22,221 nt of DNA from Chthonomonadales bacterium (GCA_038217285.1 JBBQPO010000071.1:1-22221); one strand, 5' to 3'. Positions 1 to 8,155 are shown, numbered from the stretch's first letter. Numbers and translations: made by a program. Notes: generated from the sequence alone by a model not told the origin.

Positions 1-2104
1 AGTTCGAGGGACTCGGATCGCTGGTATCGTAACGATAGATCGCAGGCAGCACCCACTGATGCAGGCTGTCGGAAGCGCTGACAATATCGGTCAGTTGCAG
101 TGAATCGGTGTCGAACACCTGAAGTTCCGAGAACTTGAACCCATAGACATAAGGATCCGCGATCTGGTTCCAGCCCTGCGGGTAGTTCAACTTCAAGGTC
201 GTCGCGTTCGGCTGCACCTGATTGGCCAGCGGCGGATACTTCGCCGCATCGATGACGAAGGACGCTGTGGTGGGCAACTGACTGCGTACCCAGTAGGCTT
301 GCCCGATCTGGAACGTGTTCTGCGGCTCGTATTGGGCTGTCACCGGATTATAGCGCAGGATATCGATCACCGGCGGGTTGGTCGGCAGACCGAGAATTTC
401 GGATGGCGTGGCGCTGCCGGTAAGCAGCGGGAAGGATGCCATTTTGAACAGGCCCTGTGTCGTCCCATTACTTAGCAGTGTGAGGGCGGCAGGGGCCGGA
501 ACCTCGATGGTTTTCTGGACACTCTTACCGTTACCAAGGTTGGGCGACGCGGTCACCGTATACTTTAGTGGCCCATTTATCCTGGAGGTGCTGTCCACCT
601 GGACGGTCCAACTCACCGTGCCTTCGGTGCCGGCATCGACGTTATTGATGGTCTTTGTCGCGGATTCTCCCGGCGCCAGAATCAGTCCCTTGGGCAGATC
701 GAGGAACAGGTTGACCGGCCCGATGGATAGTCCACCGGACTGGGTCAGATCGGTCAGGTTCTGCACGTAGGCCGAAATCTGGAACGGGCTGGGAGTCGCA
801 GTGACCATCGGTGCGGCGGGATTGGTACGATCTGTATGGAAGCTCAGGGCCGCCGGGCCGCTGACGCTCAACGCCAGTGGCGCTCCGAAATTGTTCTCCG
901 TATCGGCGTTACCGACATAGGTAATTCGCTTCAGATCCTGTCCCGGTGCTACGGACTGCTCGTCCCAGAAGACCACGACGCTGCCATCCGTAGATTTCGA
1001 GGACACATTCTTGTCCAGGATCACATTCGGATTGGGTCTGAAGTTCCAGACCTGGTCGAAGTTGCGCACCTTAGCGCCGTTTACCTGATTAAACGCGTCG
1101 AGGAACTCCGTGCGTCCGTAAGCGAATCGCGACGGTACGGTCGGTTCGTTCTGCGATCCGGATAGGGGCTTCAGCGTACCGCGTACGGTGTGAAGAAGCG
1201 CCGGCGTCGTATTGGTTGCCGGGCTGATCTGAACCGACGTCTCCCACCGATCCGGAACCTGTGCGCCGGAAAGCAGGGTCTCATGGTGAAGATAGGGCTG
1301 ACCCGGCAGGCGAAGCGGACCATCGATCTCCGCGCCAAAGGTGATGGTCGGCTGTACGTTGATATCCTGCACAAAGGCAAGACCTACCGTATGCGTCTGA
1401 CCAGCGCTGTTGTTGACGATATCGAACTGGAATCGCACGGTGTCATGCACGAAGGTAGCGACCATATCGATCTCTACCTGAGGATCGTAGGTGGCACTGA
1501 AGCCGCCGCCTGCGGCGTCGAGTTTGTGCGCGATTGTCTGCCAACTGGCTTCGATATGATTGCCGACGACGGTCGGTAACTGGAGCCAGACGCCGGTACG
1601 CTGGTCGCCGAAAATATAGTCGCCGCCTGTGGTTCCGGTAGTACCACCACCGCCGTTGCCACCGCTTCCGCCGCCACCGCCGCCAACACCCCCGCCCCCG
1701 CCCCCGCCGGTGCCTCCGGTGAGGCCGGGAAGTATGCCGCCGCCGCCATCGACGCGCACGAAGAGCCAGGATCCGTAGAATACCTGCAGCAGACCCGGAG
1801 GATCTGTAGGAACCAGTGGTGCAGGCCAGAGCAACAGGTTACCGAAACCGGCTCCGCCTGGGTCCGAGGGGCTGTTCGGCGTCGAGATCAGCCCGATAGA
1901 GCCCGCGACGTTCTTCCCCAAGCCGACAAAGATACACAGATAAGCATTGCATAGTCCGTTGTAACAGTCGTCCGGAGTCTTAATACAGTCGTTGCCCGGC
2001 AACTGCGCCTCGGCGCCTCCGCCTGTCAACAGCAGCGCGCCACTTAAGAAAAAGAGGCTAGCCAGCGCTTTCACGCTGCGCATAATCTTAGAATTCCACC
2101 CCAT
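1..2104 (-). CDS. Large secreted protein, 3'-truncated by the window edge (>701 aa): signal peptide, 4-Cys N-terminal segment, Gly-rich linker, NEW3/CARDB-like Ig domain, start of the shared GWN C-terminal module
   Basis: Not in the ORF track because there is no stop in the window. Manual minus-strand translation is open from ATG 2104 (GGAGG at 2113-2117, 8-nt spacer; alternative ATG 2083) to base 2: MGWNSKIMRSVKALASLFFLSGALLLTGGGAEA|QLPGNDC...FQISAYVQNL...LDLPKGLILAPGES...VSWTVQ...FQIGQAYWVRS...YPQGWNQIADPYVYGF...VLPAIYRYD. The last part aligns by eye with the two upstream paralogous modules. Confidence 0.9.
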   Translation of the reverse strand, partial: MGWNSKIMRSVKALASLFFLSGALLLTGGGAEAQLPGNDCIKTPDDCYNGLCNAYLCIFVGLGKNVAGSIGLISTPNSPSDPGGAGFGNLLLWPAPLVPTDPPGLLQVFYGSWLFVRVDGGGGILPGLTGGTGGGGGGGVGGGGGGSGGNGGGGTTGTTGGDYIFGDQRTGVWLQLPTVVGNHIEASWQTIAHKLDAAGGGFSATYDPQVEIDMVATFVHDTVRFQFDIVNNSAGQTHTVGLAFVQDINVQPTITFGAEIDGPLRLPGQPYLHHETLLSGAQVPDRWETSVQISPATNTTPALLHTVRGTLKPLSGSQNEPTVPSRFAYGRTEFLDAFNQVNGAKVRNFDQVWNFRPNPNVILDKNVSSKSTDGSVVVFWDEQSVAPGQDLKRITYVGNADTENNFGAPLALSVSGPAALSFHTDRTNPAAPMVTATPSPFQISAYVQNLTDLTQSGGLSIGPVNLFLDLPKGLILAPGESATKTINNVDAGTEGTVSWTVQVDSTSRINGPLKYTVTASPNLGNGKSVQKTIEVPAPAALTLLSNGTTQGLFKMASFPLLTGSATPSEILGLPTNPPVIDILRYNPVTAQYEPQNTFQIGQAYWVRSQLPTTASFVIDAAKYPPLANQVQPNATTLKLNYPQGWNQIADPYVYGFKFSELQVFDTDSLQLTDIVSASDSLHQWVLPAIYRYDTSDPSPSN
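1621..1750 (-). repeat. Gly-rich low-complexity tract (DGGGG...GGTGGGGGGGVGGGGGGSGGNGGGGTTGTTGG) inside the CDS
   Basis: Runs of ccgcc/ccacc on + translate to poly-Gly in the minus-strand frame. Confidence 0.85.
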
Positions 2105-2361
2105 GAGGAAGTCCTCCCTGTGAACTTGGTTCGTTGTGGGTATGGCCGGGGGAGCCACCATACCGGAGTCTGGGAGCCAGCAATCTGGCTCGAAGACGAA
2201 CTGCACCCGTCCTCGCATCCGTCGCATTCCAGAGAATACGGGGTTCGGAAGCTGGGGGGACCGCGATGTGTCGCCCTACAAACATTGGGGAACTGAGGGA
2301 TCCGGCTTTGAACTGCTCTCCCATTAGCAAGCCGCTCGCACGCCGCTCAGTTGGTATCTCA

Positions 2362-2402
2362 GGGGAGTACGGAGCGCCTGTAAGGGCGTGCCCGTACTCC
2401 CC
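2362..2402 (-). other. Strong stem-loop directly after the S8 gene stop; no U-tract (RNA stabiliser or non-canonical terminator)
   Basis: GGGGAGTACGG (2362-2372) is the exact reverse complement of CCGTACTCCCC (2392-2402), with an inner CGCC/GGCG pairing; followed on the minus strand by TGAGATACC rather than poly-U. Confidence 0.7.
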
Positions 2403-2408
2403 GGCCTT

Positions 2409-5400
2409 CTATCTGGTGATCGTCAGCGGACGAATCTCCCGGCTGACCGTGCCATCCGGGGTAATAGCCCTCAGTTGGAGGAGGTAGGTTCCGGCGGGCA
2501 CGTTTGCCCCTCGGGTGTCCTTCCCATTCCAGACCTGACGGTTGTCACCGCTGCTGACAGCGCGCGTCGAGCCGATCTGCGCGAGCGTCTGCCCATTGTA
2601 ACCGATAATGGCTACTTCCACTCGGGCGTCCTGAGAGACAGTATACCCGATTTCGTAAGCCCCTGCCCCGCGCGATCCCGCCACACGCGGCGGGTTGACG
2701 ACTATGTTCGTCAGCACGGCGCGCCCGCCTGCATTGGTCGGATGGGCGGTCAACGTAAACTCCCTCGTGACCGCCTGATGTCCCGAGTTGAACTGGTAGG
2801 CGGCTTGATGGCGAAGGTCGATCTCCTGGCCGGTCGCTTTGTCCAGCATAGTCAGTCGATAGGACTTTGGCAGCGTACTGATATTGGGCCAGCGAAGGGT
2901 GATATCGGTATTGGGCTGATCGGTCATGACAACCACATCCCATGTCTTTACGCCGCCTGCCACCTGCAGGTCCTGCGCGTAGACCGCCCCTTTACCGTCC
3001 TTACGCGTCATCCCTAGCGTAATATAGGGAGAGGGATGCGGAGGCTTCGGCGCGAGCGAACGGGCACTGTCAACGGCAGAGCGCGTGACCCCGATGAAGT
3101 TATACCCGTCGTGGAGGTCATTGCCGCTCGCCTCGAGCTGCACGGTCCAACCGCCTCCACCGTGAATTCGCGGCGGCGTGTTCAGCGAGGCCGGGGTGGT
3201 CTTCGTACCAGCCCTGGTCATTCTGGCCGCGCGCCCCCCGAAACCGGAAACCGCGACCGGCGTGGTGATCATGGTCAGAATCGGATTCGTACTGGATGGA
3301 CCCTCCCGTTTGACAACGAAGATCCACTGACCTTCCCAGGGCTGGAGGTTACCCGCTGGCAGGTGTTCGAACTGATACTGCCCACCGACGTAGCGGTAGA
3401 TGAAGGGCAGGATCAAGTTCTTGTCCGCCGCCGCTTCCGCCGTAAGGCGGTTTCCGGACAGGTCCTCGAACTCGAGTCCATCAAACGGTACCGCGAATTT
3501 GTACGGGTTCCCTACCATATTCCAGCCTTCGTGCAGCGGAATTCGGAAGGAAGTGGTATCGAACGACTGTCCATACGTGACGACCGAAATGGGGGTCTTT
3601 GTCAGGAGGAAGTAACCAACCCCAAGCGGGGAAGTATCCCCCGAAATATTTGCGTTGTTCGGCACCGGCTTATATTCGGTCGGGTAAAGGGAGGCTGCAT
3701 TTTCCACAGTGTCGGTACCATTAAAATAGATGTAATCGAGTGGCGGCAAGGTGCCGCTGTTTGCATCCCTTTTGTACAGAAAACGAGCCAGGATAACCTT
3801 CTTGTCCAGCAGATCCCCAGCTTCGCGCGTTTTACCGGTAGGAGAGTCGATCGCACTCTCGGCATAGGGAATGGAGACGAGCGAAGTCCCCGGAGGGAAA
3901 ATGTGCGACTGAATGGAGAAGGTGCGCGTATCAGTTGCGGTGATACCGAGATTGACGTTGGCTCCCGATATAACGATTTTGTGGTTACCCTGTGCAGTAG
4001 AAGGGAACGCATAGCGGAAGGAGATTACGTAATGTGGGACTAACCCAGTCGTATTACCGGACTCGATCTGATTCCGAAGGAATGCCGAGGTTAGCACGAT
4101 TTGCTGAGGGGTACCTGGGTCGATAGTCACATTGAGTTGATCCACCGGAACGCCCGAAACCTTGAATCGGATGTTGGGTTTCAGTGTTTCTACAGGCGGG
4201 GGCGGGAAGCCCGTAGGATCAGTAGAGACGCCGGTCGCGTTGATTCCGAGGGGATCCTCGGTAATGATGCTAACCGATACGCGCAACAGAGCAGCGTAGG
4301 CATCTAGCACGCCATAGCCATAGTGTGGGTCCGGCAAACTCGTTAGGGCCAGTGCTTTGCGGTTGGCGGTGTCGAACATGGCCTGCTTTGCTTGATCGGG
4401 CGTGACTCCAGGGACTGACATCAGCAACCCTAAGACAGCGGTAACGTGGGGTGCCGCAAAGGAAGTACCGTCTTCGAAGGCGTATTGGCTGTTCTGTTTA
4501 AGGAGCAGAACCCCGTTTGCGTCGACGCCCGTGAAACCAGCATCCCCGCCGGGCGCAGCGATATCCACCTTACCAAATTCCGAGTAACTGGTTGTCTTAC
4601 CATTGATGTCGGTTGCGGCAACGGAAATGATGTGGGCATAGAAAGCAGGAGTGCTCGTGGGGTTGCCTTGATCCCCAAAGTTTCCTGCGGATGCCACCAT
4701 CAATACTCCCGCGTCCGTGAGCGCCTTAGTCGCTACGTAGTCCGGAGCATTGACATCATTTGGATTGCCGAATGGACGCCCGTAACTCATATTCACAGCG
4801 ACGATGTGAAAACGATCCTTATTGGCCAGAAGATATGCATAAGAATTAAGTATGCCTGGTCCAGACAGGAAGCCTGGCAAGCCAGCAGCCCCAACCTTGA
4901 GAGCCAGACACTTAGTGTTCGTCCAGTCGACGCCAGCGATACCCTTTGCATTATCTGTAAGGGCGAAGGCCACTCCGCTTGTTGACACTCCGTGATCATC
5001 ACCTGTCGCGGTGATATCAGTAGTGTTGTTGCCGAAGTCGTAACTACCCGAAAGGAACTGCCCTAAGGCATCTTCGTGCTTCGGATCGAAACCGCTGTCG
5101 ATCCAGCCGAGATTTACGTCGACCGCTCCTTTCTGAAGTAGCCACGCTTGAGGCATGCGAATCTGATTAAGTGCCCACTGTTCCGGAAACCGCGGATCGT
5201 TAGGGATCAGCTTAGTCGGCGCTGCTACCGGTGCTTGCATTGTCTTATAAAGCACACTAGCGTTGACCCAACGCACATTTGGGTCCATTTTCAGTGTAGA
5301 CACTGCGTCGGCTGTGTCTTGAAGTGTAGCTCGCTTGACCGGTAGCTCAATGACATAGCAGTCTTTGAGTAAAAGTGGAGTCACGGAGGCCGAAGTCACT

Positions 5401-5585
5401 TTGGCAGCAAGAGCCGTTACAACATCCTTGCCAGTGCCAGGTTGCATATAAAGAATTATTTCACCGGGAACGGTCGCGGGGTTTTTCGCGGCCTGTCCGA
5501 ACACACCAGTGGCGGCTCCTGTTGAGAAGAGAGCCGCGAACGCCATTGTCCGGCCGAGATGCCGGAGCCTGGGCTTATGTATCAT
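2409..5585 (-). CDS. Secreted S8 family (subtilisin-like) serine peptidase with prodomain, shared GWN module and C-terminal FlgD Ig-like domain (~1058 aa)
   Basis: Catalytic motifs WIDSG (Asp), DDHGVSTSG (His), ASAGN (oxyanion Asn), GTSFAAPHV (Ser); VPGEIIL prodomain and PNDPRFPEQWAL junction; YGYGVLDA domain end; C-terminal VWNGKDTRGANVPAGTYLLQL. Start moved from 5630 to ATG 5585 (AAGGAG at 5594-5599, followed by a signal peptide ending VFG|Q). Confidence 0.93.
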   Translation of the reverse strand: MIHKPRLRHLGRTMAFAALFSTGAATGVFGQAAKNPATVPGEIILYMQPGTGKDVVTALAAKVTSASVTPLLLKDCYVIELPVKRATLQDTADAVSTLKMDPNVRWVNASVLYKTMQAPVAAPTKLIPNDPRFPEQWALNQIRMPQAWLLQKGAVDVNLGWIDSGFDPKHEDALGQFLSGSYDFGNNTTDITATGDDHGVSTSGVAFALTDNAKGIAGVDWTNTKCLALKVGAAGLPGFLSGPGILNSYAYLLANKDRFHIVAVNMSYGRPFGNPNDVNAPDYVATKALTDAGVLMVASAGNFGDQGNPTSTPAFYAHIISVAATDINGKTTSYSEFGKVDIAAPGGDAGFTGVDANGVLLLKQNSQYAFEDGTSFAAPHVTAVLGLLMSVPGVTPDQAKQAMFDTANRKALALTSLPDPHYGYGVLDAYAALLRVSVSIITEDPLGINATGVSTDPTGFPPPPVETLKPNIRFKVSGVPVDQLNVTIDPGTPQQIVLTSAFLRNQIESGNTTGLVPHYVISFRYAFPSTAQGNHKIVISGANVNLGITATDTRTFSIQSHIFPPGTSLVSIPYAESAIDSPTGKTREAGDLLDKKVILARFLYKRDANSGTLPPLDYIYFNGTDTVENAASLYPTEYKPVPNNANISGDTSPLGVGYFLLTKTPISVVTYGQSFDTTSFRIPLHEGWNMVGNPYKFAVPFDGLEFEDLSGNRLTAEAAADKNLILPFIYRYVGGQYQFEHLPAGNLQPWEGQWIFVVKREGPSSTNPILTMITTPVAVSGFGGRAARMTRAGTKTTPASLNTPPRIHGGGGWTVQLEASGNDLHDGYNFIGVTRSAVDSARSLAPKPPHPSPYITLGMTRKDGKGAVYAQDLQVAGGVKTWDVVVMTDQPNTDITLRWPNISTLPKSYRLTMLDKATGQEIDLRHQAAYQFNSGHQAVTREFTLTAHPTNAGGRAVLTNIVVNPPRVAGSRGAGAYEIGYTVSQDARVEVAIIGYNGQTLAQIGSTRAVSSGDNRQVWNGKDTRGANVPAGTYLLQLRAITPDGTVSREIRPLTITR

Positions 5586-5670
5586 CTTAACAACTCCTTC
5601 ATTCCGGGGCGGTTGGAAGGTTGCCGCCACGCATGGATTGTCTGCGCGGAGGGAGCGAGACCGGAAGCAG

Positions 5671-5715
5671 AAAATGAGTGCCAGGCGTCGAAGGGAAGTT
5701 CGACGCCCGACGCTC
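5671..5715 (-). terminator. Putative intrinsic terminator or attenuating hairpin after the CsgG/FlgT-like gene
   Basis: Perfect 9-bp stem GGCGTCGAA/TTCGACGCC (5684-5707), extendable with G-U pairs to 5676-5715, followed on the minus strand by ATTTTCTGCTT. Confidence 0.6.
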
Positions 5716-5729
5716 CAGGTGAGTAGCGA

Positions 5730-7973
5730 CTAGTTGCGTTTGCGCCGGGCGCCCAGCAGGATCTGCTGAGGCGTCAGAACGGTCGTATGCAGGGTCGCCG
5801 CGCCGCGCTGTGTAGAGCCGACGCCAAGAACAGGGAACTCCGCACGGCTGTGGCCGGCGTAGATCTTGTTCAGCAGATTTGCCGCCCGACTTGGTCCGGG
5901 GGGACAAGGCGGCAAGGGGGCAGGAGTGAAGGAGAAGACCTGGCTATAGACAAAGCGGAAGGTCGTATCTCCATCCGACGCGTTCTGCGTGATCGCATTG
6001 ATCGGCCCTGGTGTATCGCCATCATGACGAGCACCGACACGGTAGTAGAGTACCGGCGGCGTAGTTGTGCCTGTGGTCGAACCTGAACAGGTGCTGGACT
6101 TGACGAAAGCACCGAACGTCGGATCGCGCAGCAGTTCGGGTGACTGAGTCAGATCGAGTGGGTTCGGAGTCGTCTGGGCCACGCCGTCCGCGTTGGGCGA
6201 GGAGGAGATCAGCGGATACCGGAAGATCAGGCTCGGATTGGAAAACGTGCGGTCGGTCGAGACTTCGACCTGGAACACGTCGGCTCCGTTACGGCTCGTG
6301 AACTGCGGTGCGAACTGGCGCACATTGACCGAGGCCGTGGTGTTCGCAGGGGAAGTCAGCAGCACAGGATTGATCGGCGTGGACTGGCCGGAGCGCGAAG
6401 GATCGGTTTCGATACACTCGAACCCGCCGCTGCCGCCACCCTGGCCGCCACCGCCACCGCCATTGCCGCCACCGCCACCGCCATTGCCGCCGCCACCGCC
6501 GCCGTTGCCGCCGCCACCGCCGCCGTTGCCGCCGCCGCCATTGCCGCCGTTAGTGCCGCCGGTACTCGGAGACTGGCGCAGAATGATCGCCGTCACGAGG
6601 TAGTGGTAGCTGGAGCCGGGTCTAAAACCGGTGTCCAGGGTGCCGACGATTGTCAGAGTACCACAACCGCCAGTGGTGCCATTGTTACCATTGCCGCCGC
6701 CCACGGGGTTGCCGTTACCGGCTCCGATCAGTGGTGCGAGGCCACTGGCGTAGGGGAAGAAGGGAGAGCCATGATCCAGGAACTCATGTACGGTGGAAGA
6801 CTGAACGCCGATAGGAACAGAGCCGCCATTCGTCGTAGTGCCGTTGCCGCCCCCGCCCGCAGACTGGCCGAAGGGGAAGTCGGGCTCCCGGTAGATCTTG
6901 TACTGCTGCACATTGCCCTGGCCGAAGATGTTGTCGTTCCAGCGAACACGCACGATCGGCGCGTTGTTGAGAACGCCAGCCTCTGCTGTGACGGACGTGG
7001 TCGAGGCCTGCCCGCCGCGGGACGCCTGCGCAACCAGCACACCCAGGCCGATGGCCGCGATGGTGCTGCTCACGGCCGTCAGATTGAACTGCGCGCCTTT
7101 GCCCGTAGGCTTTTGGAGAGTTGGAGACACGATCTCGACGGGGGGCTGATAGAGCACGCGGGCTCCGTCTTCGGGTCGAATTCCGCCGACATTGTTGATG
7201 ATTTCGGCCTCGGAGTCGGTGGGATAGACACGCGCCACTCGAACTCTGCCGACCTCAAGCTTCTTGCCGTTGACGCCTTCACGCAGAATAACCACGTCGT
7301 CGCCGATCTTGACGCCGTCACGAACACCCTTGTTAAGGATGACCATGTTGGTTTCGATGCCGATAACGGTCGCAGTGGCAATCTGTCGTCCCAGTATCTG
7401 ACGAACGACATCCTGCGCGGCGTCGCTGACGCCCTTATTGATCAACTCCTCGGGATCGCTGGGTTCGCCAGGACGAGGGGCCGTCGTCGTCTGCACATAG
7501 CCGCCGTTGATATACTCCTTGGAGGCGACTTCACGCAGGTTGGTGGCCAAAGACACGCGAACGCTTTTGCCACGGCTGGCGCCGGCGGCTACCTGACCTT
7601 CGACAATTACGTCTGCCGTCAGGTTAGTGGCGATCCGAACTAAATCGCTGGGGCTGAAGTTGGCAGGCTGGTTCGGATTGCTGGGAACTTTGATCCCGAG
7701 CGACACGGCCTCTTTGAGAACCTCAGAGTTCTGAAAAACGCTAAAACGCCCCTGTCCGGCGTTGACCATCTCGTTGTAGATGGCGGCCGTCGCGGTAATG
7801 CCCAGGTTCGGGTTGCCGGGCGATTTGTTAACGATATCGGCGATAATTACCCGGAGTGGCTGTTGCGTCTGCGCTCTGGCTGCGCGACCTGCCATCAGGC
7901 ACGGCGCGACCATCGCCAGGGTCACAAGCCAGGCGGTGGCGCGGGCTATCGGACTCCTACGAATAGTTTTCAA
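5730..7973 (-). CDS. Secreted protein with N-terminal CsgG/TolB-N-like alpha/beta domain, FlgT C-terminal-like beta domain, and Gly-rich FN3-like region (747 aa)
   Basis: TTG start with GGAAGGGAG upstream; signal peptide ending ARA|Q; RVIIADIVNKS...RIATNLTADVIVEGQV...LREVASKE resembles CsgG/FlgO-type folds; ATVIGIETNMVILNKGVRDGVKIGDDVVILR...VGRVRVARVYPTDSEAEI resembles FlgT_C; VRVRW...YKIYR...GSSYHYLVTAI resembles FN3. The CDS is solid; the domain calls are by eye. Confidence 0.75.
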   Translation of the reverse strand: MKTIRRSPIARATAWLVTLAMVAPCLMAGRAARAQTQQPLRVIIADIVNKSPGNPNLGITATAAIYNEMVNAGQGRFSVFQNSEVLKEAVSLGIKVPSNPNQPANFSPSDLVRIATNLTADVIVEGQVAAGASRGKSVRVSLATNLREVASKEYINGGYVQTTTAPRPGEPSDPEELINKGVSDAAQDVVRQILGRQIATATVIGIETNMVILNKGVRDGVKIGDDVVILREGVNGKKLEVGRVRVARVYPTDSEAEIINNVGGIRPEDGARVLYQPPVEIVSPTLQKPTGKGAQFNLTAVSSTIAAIGLGVLVAQASRGGQASTTSVTAEAGVLNNAPIVRVRWNDNIFGQGNVQQYKIYREPDFPFGQSAGGGGNGTTTNGGSVPIGVQSSTVHEFLDHGSPFFPYASGLAPLIGAGNGNPVGGGNGNNGTTGGCGTLTIVGTLDTGFRPGSSYHYLVTAIILRQSPSTGGTNGGNGGGGNGGGGGGNGGGGGGNGGGGGGNGGGGGGQGGGSGGFECIETDPSRSGQSTPINPVLLTSPANTTASVNVRQFAPQFTSRNGADVFQVEVSTDRTFSNPSLIFRYPLISSSPNADGVAQTTPNPLDLTQSPELLRDPTFGAFVKSSTCSGSTTGTTTPPVLYYRVGARHDGDTPGPINAITQNASDGDTTFRFVYSQVFSFTPAPLPPCPPGPSRAANLLNKIYAGHSRAEFPVLGVGSTQRGAATLHTTVLTPQQILLGARRKRN
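6424..6561 (-). repeat. Imperfect 21-nt tandem repeat encoding (NGGGGGG)n
   Basis: Units such as ccgccgccaccgccgccgttg (two identical in tandem) and ccgccaccgccaccgccattg; protein GGTNGGNGGGGNGGGGGGNGGGGGGNGGGGGGNGGGGGGQGGGSGG. Confidence 0.9.
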
Positions 7974-8104
7974 TCTTTTCGTCTGCTCCCTTCCTCGTGC
8001 AGGCTCTTGCCTGCATACGTATGTCCCGCTTCACAGGATTGCCGGTAAGATTCTCTCTTGTGAACTCATATCCCTGCTTCCTTTTCAGGAGTTCAGGGAG
8101 AGAA

Positions 8105-8132
8105 CGGCAGGGTTTGTCGCCAAACCCCGCCG
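8105..8132 (-). terminator. 12-bp GNRA-capped hairpin after the giant gene; weak U-tract (leaky terminator or stabiliser)
   Basis: Minus strand CGGCGGGGTTTG-GCGA-CAAACCCTGCCG followed by TTCTCT, about 23 nt after the stop codon. Confidence 0.6.
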
Positions 8133-8155
8133 AACTGTCACTTGTCAGCGTCCCA

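Noticed and set aside
378-1749. Several short ORF-track calls
   Set aside because: All overlap the uncalled minus-strand CDS 1-2104, which has an RBS, signal peptide and paralogous motifs
2088-2487. Small ORFs in the 2105-2408 spacer
   Set aside because: No RBS or recognisable motif; better explained as structured untranslated RNA
2409-2700. flgD / flgT flagellar gene calls
   Set aside because: Only domain-level resemblance inside large secreted proteins; no flagellar genes nearby
6424-6561. Tandem repeats as CRISPR array or frameshift phase-variation tract
   Set aside because: No spacers, unit lengths are multiples of three, inside a CDS, and no cas genes in the window
7890-7915. Possible lipobox (VAPC) in the CsgG-like protein
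   Set aside because: Pro at -1 does not fit [LVI][ASTVI][GAS]C; an SPase I site ARA|Q follows
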